DNA of 64,000 nucleotides from Rebecca billardiae RCC1528 (taxonomy: Eukaryota; Protista; Haptophyta), in assembly GCA_965240325.2 (NCBI GenBank), contig OZ251223.1:806001-870000 (forward strand), in the 5' to 3' direction. The notes under the pieces were generated by a model that saw only the letters and a program-made list of their open reading frames with translations, had not been told where the DNA came from and made no database searches. This document shows, piece after piece, positions 47,150-59,484 of this stretch (positions are counted from its first letter, which is position 1; every line of letters starts with the position of its first letter). The position numbers and the translations under genes were made by a program.

Positions 47150-47298
47150 CTCCAACTCACGTGACGAAGGCGCCAACCACACCGGGCAGGCTCGCGCGTG
47201 AGCGGAGGGAGGGAGCCGCCGCCCGCGGGAGCCCTCGGGGCCCGCGTGAGGCTCGCTCGCGCAGGGGCGGAGGGGCAGGGAGATCTCCGCCGGCTGCC

Positions 47299-48878
47299 AT
47301 GGCGCATTGGCTGACCGAGAAGCTCGACCGCCTGGCTGGGCGGCCGGCTGCGCGCGAGCCGGCGCAGGGCACGTCTGGCCGCGCGAGCAATGCGCAGCCG
47401 GCGCAGGCGCAGCCAGTGGCGCAGCCTGCGGCTGTGGCGCAGCCCGTCGCCGCGCCTGAGCCGCCTGGCAACGCGCCCCCGGGGAACATCAACCACTATA
47501 CGATGAAGCAGACCCTCGGCGTCGGCGCCTTTGGGAAGGTCAAGCTCGCCGAGCACAAGGAGACGCACCAGCTGTTCGCCATCAAGTGCATCCAGAGGAG
47601 CCGCCTGGCGGCTTCCCGGCAGGTGGAGCGGCTGCAGCGGTGAGCGGCAATCCCGCGCATGCGCACCGGAGACGTGCCCAGCCCCTCACATTGCCGCCCC
47701 ACGCCGCCTGCTGAACGCCCACCCCGCGCTGCCCCGCGTGCGCGCGCAGCGAGATCCGCATCCTCAAGATGCTGCGCCACCCAAACGTGATCCAACTGCA
47801 CGAGGTGATCGAGACGGAGAGCGACATCTACCTGGTGATGGAGCACGTGAGCGGCGGCGACCTGCTGGATTTCATCAACAGTCGGGGCGCCATGCCTGAG
47901 GCGCAGGCGCGCGAGCTGTTCGGCCAGGTGAGAGCAGCGAGGGGGCCAGGGCTCGGCCGGAGCGCGCGCGAGACCCGACCGCCGCAGCGCGCACGCACGC
48001 ACCCCTCCCCGTGTCGGCGGTTGAGGCGGGCAGCGCGCGCTCGGCGCTCCCCAGCCTGGCGGCACGAGATCGCGGGCCGCGCACGCGGCTGTGCACGCGC
48101 GCGGGCGTGCGCCTGTCGCGCGCATCGGCCCGCTCACATCGCTGCCGACTGCGCTGCCGCGCCCTCGCTCGCGCGTGCCGCTCAGATCACCTGTGGCCTT
48201 CAGTTCTGCCACTCGCTTGGCGTGGCGCACCGCGACCTGAAGCCCGAGAACATCCTGATCAACGAGCAGGGCGTCGTGAAGATCACCGACTTCGGGCTGA
48301 GCAACATGCAGCAGGCGGGCGAGCACCTCAGCACGCTCTGCGGCTCGCCGTACTACGCGGCGCCCGAGCTGCTGGACGGCTCGACCACGCAGTACGACGG
48401 CACCGAGGCGGACGTGTGGTCCGTCGGCGTGATCACGTTCGCTATCCTCTGCGGCGAGCTGCCCTTCGACGGCCAGACGCTCCCCGATCTCTTCGCAAAG
48501 ATCACTGCGGCCAAGTACACAATCCCTGCGCAGCTCAACCTCTCGCCCGAGTGCCAGGACATTCTCGCGCAGATGCTCGTGCGCGAGCCGTCGGGCCGAC
48601 GCGGCCTCGCGCAGCTGCGCAGTCACGCGTGGCTGCAGGGCCCGACGGCCGGGCTGCCGCAGCTGCAAAAGGCAGGGAGCGCCGCCGGGCCCGCCGAGAT
48701 CCCCGGCTCCGCGTCGATGTCCTTCGACCTCAACCCCTCCTCGCTCGAGCAGGGCTGGGCCGAGCGCAACCTCGGCAAGGAGGTGCGTGCCGCCGACGCA
48801 GCTGCAGTGCCACGCTCGCTGTCCGTACCGGATGTGCCCGGTGCCGCCGCACCCGATGGCACTCGCGAGGGCGGCTGA
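47299..48878 (+). CDS. SNF1/AMPK/MARK-family (CAMK group) Ser/Thr kinase (introns 47640-47749, 47928-48185; 3' end uncertain)
   Basis: LGVGAFGKVKLAEH, AIK, REIRILKMLRHPNVIQL, HRDLKPEN, DFGLSN, TLCGSPYYAAPE and DVWSVG. A possible further donor at 48783. Confidence 0.9.
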
Positions 48879-49421
48879 GCGACGGGCGCGCAGCGCGCAC
48901 GACGGGCTTTCAGCTGGCCGCTCGGCGCACCCTGCCGACAGGCAGTGGCGTCGTGGCGGCATGCCGCATGCTCGCTTGCGGGACCCTGCTGGCGAAGCTG
49001 CCCAACCACGTCAACATCGTCTGTCATCGAGCGTGCCGGTGGTTTGGCCGGGCAGCTGCATGCAGCATGGCCCGGCCGATGGCGATGGCGGATGGCGCAT
49101 CGCTTGGCGGATCAGAGACTACTGGGTCGCCCGTTTGCGACGCCGACTGCCATGCCATGCCACGCTGCGAACTACCTGTCGGCGCTCGACCAGTCGACCT
49201 CTGTGTGCTCGTCCGCGGCTGCCGGCGGCGTTGTAAGTGTACTGTGTAGACGGGACACGGGTCCGCCGCGGCGACTCGGTCAGCAACACTAACGACGGTT
49301 AGTCGGTGTAAGACGCGGACGCACCTGCGCCTGCGGCTGCGGCGTCGGCGTCGGCGCGGTCCTATCCTAGACTGGTGTCAGACATGCTCATCGAGTCGTC
49401 GGAACTCATCGTCGGAAGGCG

Positions 49422-50660
49422 ATGACTCGATCAGGGGAGAGAGGGAGGCCACCAGTGAGTCGGATGAACATGACTCATGAGGAAGTGGACAACCGGCCGT
49501 TTCATCCGCGCCGACAAAGTCGTCGGCGCGAAACGGCCGATTTGAGCAGCAGAGGTTTCACCGCCGCACGCGTCTCCGCGACCGCTCACCCGCGCAAGAC
49601 GGTCGACATGTTCTCCCACGACATCACCTCGGAGAAGCGGAGCACGCTCGTCCACGCCGCACCGGGAGGCAAGAGCACCTTCTCTCTCGCGCATGACTCT
49701 GGTGGTGACGACATGACTCCGCGTGAGCATGCGGCCCTGCGCAAGGTGTGCCATGCTGCGCGTTGCGCGCGCCAGCACCTCGTCCATCTCTCACCCGCGC
49801 ACCGCACCGCTGCGTGTCGCACTGCGCAGGCCGAGCGCCAGAAGGAGGCCGACCGGCAGTACCGTGAGGCGACGCTGCAGCTCACACAGAGTGGCTCCAC
49901 CAAGTACGTCGAGAGCACGGGTGACAAGCTCTTTGGCCAGATCGCCCCGGCCGCAGCGCCCAAGCCTGACCTCTTTGCGGCGTCGGCACCGTTCGCCACC
50001 ACGAACGACACCGCCGCTGCACGCAGCTCGACGCGCGTGAACGCAGCGCCTGGCGGCCGGCAGACACTTGTGCTTGGATCCGATTCGCCGTCGTGGATGT
50101 CCCAGGTGCGTGGCGCCTCCGTCCTTGGCGCGGCGTGTGCCGTGCGCTTTTCAGTGCTCACGCGTCGCGCGCGCACTCCCTGCCGCACGCATGCTTCGCA
50201 GGGTGGTAACTTCGACAAGCCCAAGCCCATGGCCAAGCCGCGTGAGTCCGGCGTGGCTCATCCCGACCTCCAGCTGGGCTCGCAGATGGCCTCACTGCTC
50301 TCACGACCCGTTTTTGGCGACACCAACACCGGCAGCGCACAGACCGCAGCGCCGCTGTTCCCGGACACCGAGGAGAAGACCGACGGCCCGCCGGACACGA
50401 CCAACATGACTCACAAGGAGCGCGTCGCCGCGATGAGGGCCTTCCGGACGCATCAGGAGAACGTGAGCGCAGCTGGTCCCCAGGCTGGCGTCAAGTCGCA
50501 GGGCCAGTGGCCGCCAGCGCTCACCAAGCAGAACACCGCTGGTATGCGTGAGGGCGGCGTTGGTGGCGAGCAGCGAACGCTCGAGTGCTCGATCGGGGAT
50601 CGGCCGTCGTCACGCGTGCTCGCGCCGCCGGGCGGTCGCAGCAACATCACGTTCGGCTAG
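49422..50660 (+). CDS. SPIRAL1/Jupiter(HN1)-like protein with three PGG motifs, putative microtubule-associated (probable introns 49746-49829, 50106-50201)
   Basis: STLVHAAPGGKSTFSL, STRVNAAPGGRQTLVLG and terminal SSRVLAPPGGRSNITFG*; start may be 49465. Confidence 0.7.
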   Translation: MTRSGERGRPPVSRMNMTHEEVDNRPFHPRRQSRRRETADLSSRGFTAARVSATAHPRKTVDMFSHDITSEKRSTLVHAAPGGKSTFSLAHDSGGDDMTPREHAALRKVCHAARCARQHLVHLSPAHRTAACRTAQAERQKEADRQYREATLQLTQSGSTKYVESTGDKLFGQIAPAAAPKPDLFAASAPFATTNDTAAARSSTRVNAAPGGRQTLVLGSDSPSWMSQVRGASVLGAACAVRFSVLTRRARTPCRTHASQGGNFDKPKPMAKPRESGVAHPDLQLGSQMASLLSRPVFGDTNTGSAQTAAPLFPDTEEKTDGPPDTTNMTHKERVAAMRAFRTHQENVSAAGPQAGVKSQGQWPPALTKQNTAGMREGGVGGEQRTLECSIGDRPSSRVLAPPGGRSNITFG

Positions 50661-53600
50661 CTTTGCCCAAGCCGGTGACTGGCGCGAGGCGCACGGTGAT
50701 GACGACAGACAGCACTATTCAGCACGGCTGACGCCGGCACCGCCATCGGCGCCGTCTCGGCGTCTGGCTCTGCCATCCGTCCATCAGGCATCAGTGCGCA
50801 TCCAGCAGCCGGGCACACTGGCACTGCTCTCACCCCGGTGCTTGGGAGGTGATGCCTGATGGGGAGGACCCTCCCCATTCCCATCAGTTAATTCACTCGG
50901 ACTGTATCACTAGGCATCCACCACGACGATTCCCCCACGGGGACGGCGGTCATTTTCGTGAGAATCTCAAACGACTGTCCGTACCCGCATTTAAAAGGCA
51001 CCAGCCTGAACCCTAAACAACCCGATTGTTAAAGAGGCGGCTCCTTTGGTAGGATACAACTCCAGCGGCTTGAACAAGCCGCCTTTCAATCTGCCTGCCC
51101 AGTTCTCGATCGGCCGCGCCCCGGGGGCCCCCGGCCCGGGCGGCGGAAGGAGGCTCGGGGAGGGAGGGGAGGATCAGGGCGGGAGCTGCCTCAACGTCAG
51201 GCGGCGGTTGGAGAGAAGGCGGCGGGGCGAGCGGCGCGGCGCAGGGCAGGCGCACACACCGCCCACACCGCCCGCATGGCGGGCGCGCGCGGGGCCGGTG
51301 GCACGGCTGCAGCGCGCGCGCACCGCAGGCCTTGATGTGCCCGAGCACACACACACTCGACGTCGCGCACGGTGCTGCAGCCGACCGACACCCAGCTCTG
51401 CGGATGTCTGACCCACGGCATCACGTACTGCACGAACACGTCGCGGCCCGTTAGCAACGCCTCGCGGAAGCCATCGTACCGTGTGCCCTGCGACTTGTAG
51501 AACTGGACGTTGTGCGGCAGGCCGATCGTCGCCATCACCTGCGCGCGTGCTGGGCCGGACGGCGCGACAGCGCGGGCGGTGGCGCGCGCGGGGGCGAGGC
51601 CAAGTCAGCAGGCATAAATATACAACTCCGGGCGCGGCGCGCGAGCCCCGCTGCCCCGAGCAAGGCGCGGGGGCGCAGCGCGCGCCGCGCGCGGCACGCC
51701 CACGCAGCATCGGCGTGACACGCTTGGCGTGCGTCGAATCCAAGCGTTGCTGCGGGCTGCCGCGCTCGCAGTTTAATCAGTACATCACCACGTTGCCATC
51801 GTTGCCATCTAGCACAGCGCGAAGCTGCACCGCCCGCCGGCGGAGGCTGTGCCCACCCTCGTCGCGCGGTACAGCAAGATCCTGTGGTCCGTCCAACCCC
51901 AGTGACCCGTCCCCCACATCCGCGAGCAGCAGCACGCGGCGATCTTCGGGAGGCTGCTCACGCGCGTCGCAGCGCACTACCGAGCCGTGGACGCGACCAA
52001 GCGGACCGATATCCAGGTCGAGGCCAGCGCGCTCGACGTCACTGCCATCGGCCTCGTTGCTGAGGACCGCCAGTGTGTTGGCTGCGCGAGCTCGAGCTCC
52101 TATCTCATGTGCCGCTTGCCGCTCTGCGGCGCCGGCTGAGACTTCTTCGCGATCGCGTCTCTCACGGCGATCAAGCAAGGGCACGTGCTCGGCAGCTGGC
52201 GAGAGCAACACAGCGTCCGCGAGGTCAGCTGGGTTCTAGCTGCCAACGGCTTGCGCCCGCGCAACACCTGACCGCAACGAGCGTCTGCCGGCACGCCGGT
52301 GTGGACGCTCGACTTCCAGCACCATTTCAGATGCCATCAAGTCTAGGGAGCAGGCCGTGTGTAGCGAGTGCTAGAATAAGGCAGACCGCTAGCTGCACTG
52401 CGCCCAGCCGCGAGCGCAGTGGTGCCCGTACGCGGCGCTGCGGCACGCACGCGGTGTGCGCGAGCGCTGCGCGGGCCACCGGCGTGGCCCCGCTGCCCGG
52501 GGCCGTCCACTCGGCCGCGTGGCGCGCCGCACCCGGCCGTCGCATGGACCCGGCGAGTGCCAGAGCCGGCGAGCAGTCGTCTACGCTACATCACGGGCCA
52601 AGCAGTGGGTAGTCGCGAGCACGATGGACCAAGACGATCTTGCGATGTGGGCGCAGCGACGGCAACCTCACTTGGCACGCATCGGCGGCCTGAGCCGCCG
52701 GAGTGAACAAAGTCACAGACAAGGGGATGCGTGCGCGGATGCGTGCGTTGGGCTCGGTGCATTCGCGCGTACATTCTGACACCCACGCCAGCTTCCTCTT
52801 CTCCTCCGGCGCACACTGCTTGGGCAGCGCGGGCGCCGTGTGGCGCGAGCACCACGAGCTCACAGTCTGGCTGACTCGCGCGGCGTCGTGCCGTCTGCAC
52901 GCACATGTGGCGCACACTACCTCGGGCGGTTCGAGCAATCCATGCGCGCACGCGAATACGCCATGGACGCCGCGTCTCTCCCCCGCCCGTTCGGCCCCCG
53001 CGCGGCCCTGACTCGACTCGCACCCGTCCGCCGAGACCCAGCCCACTGCCCGCCGACTACCGAGGCTTTGGCAGCGGCTCTCGCGCCGGGGCGCCCTTTG
53101 CCGGGACGCTCCTTGTGGAACGCGAAGGTCGAGGGGTAGGTGAATAGGGCGGGCGGAGGTGATTCGAGGAATTGAAGGAACGACTTCATCAAGTGCCACT
53201 AATGATTTGCACCCGCGCGAAATACGTACTTACATTACTCCGACGGTACCGCGAGTAGCTTTGTGAAATAGAGATCGGGACGGAAACCGCCGATTCGAAC
53301 TTCTCCAAAATGTCCGCCCCTCCCACCCGGGAATCGTCGTGGTGAGGGCCGCGCGGCGCGCGGCGGCGCCTGCCTCGGACCGGATACTCATTACTCATGG
53401 CGCACGGCCCGGCCGCCCGGCCCCGAAAGGTCTGAGCGTGAGGCTGCGTGAGCGAAAGCCGGGCGGGCCGGGGGCCGGGGGGGGGGCGGCGCACGTGCGT
53501 CGGTGCTCCGCAAACTATCAAAAAGACTCAGTGACTTAAAGAGGATGCGCGCAGGATTTTATTATTGGGTTTTTTGTAGGTCCCGGATTCAGGTGTGCAA

Positions 53601-54229
53601 AGCGCAAGTAGTAGTATAGTGAGTAAGGCTACCCAATATCGCTGCCAATGATTGCGTTATTTGTATACTGCCCCTTAATTATAATTTTAACGACGAGACT
53701 CGAGTCTAATGACGAGTAACGATAGTCGTGACACTTATTAGTAAGAGTGACTCATTACTCTTAGGGGAATGCAGGGTGGAACTTAGCACATAACACCAGC
53801 CGTGTGTTCGATGCGAACATTCTCACGTACATATAGTAAGACGATGCCTGAATACAGAATAATTGTATAAGAGCCCTGAAACAGCTCTCCAACCATAGAA
53901 AAGAGAGGTTGGGTCGGCTTTTATGTCGCTTGAAGTAATAAAGCATTATGCCGGCATATATGAAGTCATGAACCCGACTCTGAGTGTCTGCTCCGCGGAT
54001 CGCCCGACGCCCCGGCCACGGGGTGCCTGGGCCCGCTGGCCCGGCGCGGTCCGCGGCGCCCGCGCAGCCGCGCCCGCGAGCTCCGGGTCAGGGCCCGCCG
54101 CCGGGCGGGGCGGCGGACCGCCAGACCGGGCTGCGCCTGGATCAGCAGGTCCAGCCGATTGAGCCGCGAGAGGCAACTGGGCTTCGCACTCGGCGTCGCA
54201 GCCCCGGAGTCTTAGCGCCTGGCGTTAAG

Positions 54230-54720
54230 ACCTCGACCGCAAGGCCTTTGGCTTCGGCACGCTTGAGCGCCAGGTGGGCCCGTACGAGGCGCGGCTCGTT
54301 ACCTTCCCCGCGATCGTCCCGATCGTCGTTGGGGCGTTCGGCGAGTGGCAGAGCGCGGAGGTGGACCGCGTCCTCAAGAAGGTCGCCAAGATGGGGCGGG
54401 ACACGTGGCGGGCGCGCCTCAGCGCGCCCTCGGCGACCCGCCGCCGAGCGCGCGCTGCTCGGCACCATGCGGCGCGAGCTGGGCATGTGCTGCCTGCGTG
54501 GCCAGGCCAAGATGCTCATCGCCCGCGCGCGCATGGCTCGTGTGCGCCGGGCCGGGCACGCGCCCGCGGGGGCGCTGCACACGACGACTACTTCGAGACG
54601 ACGGCTGACGACGCGTGGCACCGCGCGATCACCGCGGTAGCGCGCGCGCGTTGACGCCAGACGGTGGGCGATGGAGTGACGATGGGCGACTACGAAGGGG
54701 GGGGTCCTGCGAGTGCGAGG
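54230..54720 (+). mobile_element. Degenerate fragment of the RLE non-LTR retrotransposon
   Basis: Homologous to the 63060-63550 region on the minus strand ([23 protein letters not shown]...[16 protein letters not shown]); frameshifted and lacking the 3' tail. Confidence 0.8.
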
Positions 54721-55108
54721 AGCTCAGCGCGGCTGGTCCGCCGAGCAGTGGCGTTTATGTCCAGGCTCCAGCCCGGCCCCCGAGAGGGCTTGGCCGCTGC
54801 CCGGCGCGGAGTGGCGGTCCGTGGCGGGCAGTCCGCGCGCTTAGCACGGTCGGGGCCGTCACTCGACTCGTCGGTGCGGCCCGCTCTCGACCGGGAGGCT
54901 GACTACGACTACGAGTGACGCGCGGGACTCGTCACGAGTTCGGAGTTGCGCCCGGCGTGCCCGCGCCGAAGTCAGCATGCAACCCGACTCGACTCTCTTA
55001 GGTTAGTCGCAGATTATTATATATATAATTATACATGCATACACATGACGCATATACATATATACATACATACATGCAGATATACGCATGCAAAGACTAT
55101 AGGGGCTG

Positions 55109-55849
55109 CTATTGCATCGTCGCAGCTGCGCTGCTTGCACGCTGAGCAGTCGTTGCAGCAGCATACACGGCTGCAGCCGAGGCCGGCTGCTTGCCACGGG
55201 CTCTCGCGGACATCATCTGCGGTGATGGAGAAGGCATGGGGGCGTCCGATGCTCGCACAGCACCCTCGCCTGATAGCGTCACGCCCGCAGATCCCCCGCC
55301 TGCGGTCGTACCACCCGCCGCAGACCCAACTGTGACGCGCCCAGCCGAGGAGGAGCCGCCGCCGGCAGCGGCGGCAGCAGCTGCCGCTGCGCCACTTGGG
55401 CCGCTATTCATCTCGTTGAGGCTCGCGTAGACCGCGGCCTGCAAAAGCGCGTCCTCGTCGGCGCAGTCATCGACGCCCATCGCCGCAAAGCCCTTCACAC
55501 CCGGCTCTGCCTGCTCGAATTCGAGCGCGTCCATATCGAGGTCCTCGTGGTTGACAGGCGACTCGGCGCGAGAGGTCTTGTCGGCGCGCACGGACTTGGG
55601 CGATGCGGAGCGATTGTCACGGTGGTGCTCATGCTCCATGATGTCGTCGAGCGGGCACGGGCAGCCCTTGAAGTCCTCCAGGGAAAGGACGTTGCCAAAC
55701 CGCACTGTGTTGGCATTGGAGAATATTGAGTTTGGATTGGTGGAGATGGTCGAGCCAGCGTCCGACGCCGAGGCTGATGCAGCGTCAGGCTCGATCGGGC
55801 GCAGGCGGTAGGCGTCGTCCCCGCTCTCAGGGCGGGGTGAGCGCTCCAT
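55109..55849 (-). CDS. Low-complexity protein with a UIM-like motif (possibly truncated or TE-derived)
   Basis: ATG ORF of 246 aa containing DEDALLQAAVYASLNE (UIM consensus); ends just before a TA-rich microsatellite. Confidence 0.45.
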   Translation of the reverse strand: MERSPRPESGDDAYRLRPIEPDAASASASDAGSTISTNPNSIFSNANTVRFGNVLSLEDFKGCPCPLDDIMEHEHHRDNRSASPKSVRADKTSRAESPVNHEDLDMDALEFEQAEPGVKGFAAMGVDDCADEDALLQAAVYASLNEMNSGPSGAAAAAAAAAGGGSSSAGRVTVGSAAGGTTAGGGSAGVTLSGEGAVRASDAPMPSPSPQMMSARARGKQPASAAAVYAAATTAQRASSAAATMQ

Positions 55850-56374
55850 CCGCGCCCAGCGCTCCCGCCCACAAGGCAGTTCCGCCACAAGCCTGGGTCG
55901 CCTCGGTGGAGGGCTGCCCTGTCTCTCGGCGGGCGTCAGGAGCCGGGGGGTGGTCAGCAGCGTACTGGACACCGGACGCGAGCGGCGAGCGCTTCTCTAG
56001 TTCTCTCCCGTTGCCGGATTGGGTAATGGGTACTCGTCTACTCGATGGTACATAAGACTAAATAGATGTATCAGTAGAAACAGTTACTTTAAAAAGTAAA
56101 GTACCGCACAGGGCTGGAGGCTTCGGCCGCCAGTCTGATCACCCGGAGCCCGTTATAAAGGGGAATTTGGTGGTCATCCCGATCAAAGGCCCCCCTTTCA
56201 TTCCTTTGTCCCGATAGATACCTGGTACTCAATAGCAGTCGTCATTTGTCCGGACCAGGTCGCAACGCGGCCTTGTCCGATCGGCCGCTCGCGAGGGGTT
56301 GGTTAGGCTGGTGAGCGAGTAGCGAGGCAAGCAAGCCCCCGCCCCCCTCGACTAAGCAGCTTGACTCGGAAGCG

Positions 56375-57296
56375 ATGGCGATGTCGAAGCCGGACACCGT
56401 GTACATGGCGAAGCTCGCCGAGCAGGCGGAGCGGTATGAGGAGATGGTTGAGTACATGAAGCAGCTCGCGGAGATGGCGGATGCTGACCTCACCCTCGAG
56501 GAGCGCAACCTGCTGTCGGTTGCGTACAAGAACGTTGTCGGCGCCCGGCGCGCGTCCTTCCGCATCATCTCCTCGATCGAGTCCAAGGAGGTCACCAAGG
56601 ATCCCAACTCGATGGAGGTGAAGATCATCGAGGAGTACCGCAAGACGATCGAGGGCGAGCTTGACAAGATCTGCAACGAGATCCTGGCGCTGCTCGACTC
56701 GAACCTCATCACGAAGGCCTCGACTGCGGAGGCCAAGGACTTCTACTACAAGATGAAGGTGCGCGCGCACTCGCGCACGCGTCTTCTCGATGGCTGGCCG
56801 TGCCTATCAGCGCACGTCGCCGGCGGCGCGGCGCACCGGCCTTGCGGCCGAGCTTGGCGTGCGCGTGACGGGGCCGGCGCTGCGGCTGCCCGACACATTT
56901 CCATCCGGCCCCGCACCGCGCCATCCGCAGGGCGACTACTATCGGTATCTCGCCGAGTTCAGGAACGAGGAGGCGGTGAAGAAGGAGGTCGCCAACTCGT
57001 CGGAGGATGCGTACGAGAGCGCGCAGAAGATCGCGCTCACCGAGCTGTCGCCGACCCACCCGATCCGCCTCGGCCTTGCGCTCAACTACTCGGTCTTCAT
57101 GTACGAGGTGCAGAACAAGCCCGACAACGCGTGCCAGCTCGCGAAGAGCGCGTTCGACGATGCGATCGCCGAACTGGACACGCTCGACGAGGAGTCCTAC
57201 AAGGACTCGACGCTGATCATGCAGCTTCTGCGCGACAACCTCACGCTCTGGACAAGCGATCAGGACAACGCAGCGGACACGGTCCAAGACGCCTAG
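56375..57296 (+). CDS. 14-3-3 protein (exons 56375-56758, 56931-57296; 249 aa)
   Basis: [36 protein letters not shown]|[25 protein letters not shown] and [21 protein letters not shown]. Confidence 0.98.
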
Positions 57297-58785
57297 GCGC
57301 CGCGCCTGCAGCGACGGAAGGGATGATGACCCCTTGGCTCTCGCTTGTACAAGTTCACTGGAGATCGCGCGCCCGCCCGCGCGCGCCGGCGATTAACGCC
57401 AGCTGGCGAGGCGCGCCGCGGCGCCGCACCGAGTGACCACACCGATGCCTCTTTGTGAGGCTGTTCGACTTTGCGGCTTCGATTCGGACCCGCCGAATCA
57501 TGTTGCAGACTCTGCGCCGGTGGAGGCCTTCAGACTTGGGTGCGGTGACTGACTTGCGGACGGGGAACCTGCGCACGGGTGACAACAAATCAGCAATAAA
57601 ATTACATCCACACTAGCTTGAAAAACACCTGATTATCAATGACGACTCACGACACACGGCCCGGTCGACTGACTTAAAATGCCACTCACTCACTCAAAAT
57701 GGCGGCTCTTATTTTATGGCTCAGATCTCTGCACACGGTGTCCCGGCGTGCCCTCGGTAGTCGGTCGCAGCCGTGAGTCGGTCGCGGCGGTCGCCGCGTC
57801 GGATCACCGATCAGGCCCTGAATATTCAGGCCACTCTCGGCACGGCACCGGGCACGGTCGGCAGACTCAGACTGTCACTGAGACGCCGACGGCGCACTGA
57901 GACTGACCCGTAGTGCCGTACTCCGACGTAGGCTCCAGAATAAGTGTCAGTCGAGTGTCCGAGTGACCCGCGGCCCGCGGCCCGGCGGCGCCCCGCGCGG
58001 CCCGTGAAATGGCTCTGTCGAGAGAACCGCGCGACCACAGACATTGCGACGAAGTGGAGCTTGAGCGTGGATCGAGCTGTCGGCTAATTTATAGCGAATT
58101 AATTTCACTACATCGACACATCGTGTTCCGTCGCGGGTCAAAGATTCCCGGACGGTGACTCGTTCGTCTGATTCTGTCTCAGAAGCTTCGAGATGAGGTC
58201 GTAGGATGTACGTTGCCTTCCATGCTGTTTTGCTGTCGATTTATGATCAGGTCAGTGTTGATTTTGGATGATTTTGTGCGAGCGCCGCCGCAGCGGTCGC
58301 GCCGCCACTGTGTGACTGCGAGTAAAATGTTGGATTGGAAATTGGAAATCACTGTAGATTGGCGATTCCTTTGACAGGCTCATCTGGCTCCGGTTGACCC
58401 CTGCCAGTCCGGTCGTCATAGAAACCGGGCCGGTACCGTAAAAATGATCGATCTTCGCATTCCTGCGGCCGAATGAACCGCATTTATTGAACGGCCCGAA
58501 GTGTCCCACAGGGGCCAGGCCCAGGGCCAGGGCCGGCCAAGAGTAGTTAGGGTTTGGCTAGTGTAGCTAGTGGTAAGTGGATCCATGGCCAATAAGTGGA
58601 ATAAAGTGCCCAGGCCCAGGGTGTGAAACTCAGTTTGTGACTATAATAACTACTTCAGACTCTATTTTTTCATAGCTAATGCTATATTTACCCAGCTCGG
58701 TGATATATTTCCAATCGCTACGGCTGCATCCGGATCGCTCCGCCCGGACTCCGTGTTCTGACCAGCCGACGGTCTGAAATGGGTG

Positions 58786-58908
58786 TAGCGATACTGTGTT
58801 GGGCCCGAACAAGCACTTCCTCTATATATATAACTATAGCTAGAGTCGATAATCTGAACTATAGAGGAAGCAGTGGCTTGTCAGTTCGGGCCCAATACAG
58901 TATCGCTA
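58786..58908. repeat. Small hairpin/MITE-like inverted repeat
   Basis: tagcgatactgtgttgggcccgaac..cttcctctata (58786-58826) pairs with tatagaggaag..gttcgggcccaatacagtatcgcta (58860-58908). Confidence 0.7.
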
Positions 58909-59248
58909 GCTTAAGTCATCATCAGTGATCATGATCATCTAGCACCGGGCGGCATCCATATATTGAGATTTGAGGTCCTCCACGGTGCAGTTTTCACGAT
59001 GATCGATCGTGATGCTGACCGTTTCATGAAGGAGCTCGAGATCACAGTAGTCACAGTGATGTCACCGTAGATAGACGTAGTGCAGCGCAGCTCTGAGCTC
59101 ACAGTGCACACCAGTCCGCAGACGGTCGGCCCGCAGTCTACTCTGAGTCTGGCAGTAGGGCGGTCCGCCAAATTGTGTGAACTTCGGTGCGGCCCGAACC
59201 GCCGGAAGCCAGTGGCAGTGAGCCATAGAGGCCAATAAATAATGGCAC

Positions 59249-59270
59249 ATATATATATATACATATATAC

Positions 59271-59301
<31 letters not shown>
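59249..59301. repeat. (TA)n microsatellite, interrupted
   Basis: Visible in sequence. Confidence 0.95.
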
Positions 59302-59484
59302 TTCTCGACTGACGCTGAGCAGTCACTCACGGCTGAGTCTCGCCGACTCCGTCAGACCGTCCGCGGCGGGCGGGTCTGCGTCACTGTCATCACTTTCAGG
59401 CGATGCGCTGGTGACTGAAAGGCGCCGACGGCGTTGACTGTCCGTCGAGAGTTCGAACGAAAGCGCGCGCGGCGCCGGCGTCGG

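Noticed and set aside
51013-52211. Possible minus-strand spliced gene (…VMATIGLPHNVQFYKSQGTRYDGFREALL…)
   Set aside because: One exon-like stretch with an acceptor near 51539, but I could not build a consistent model or recognise a family
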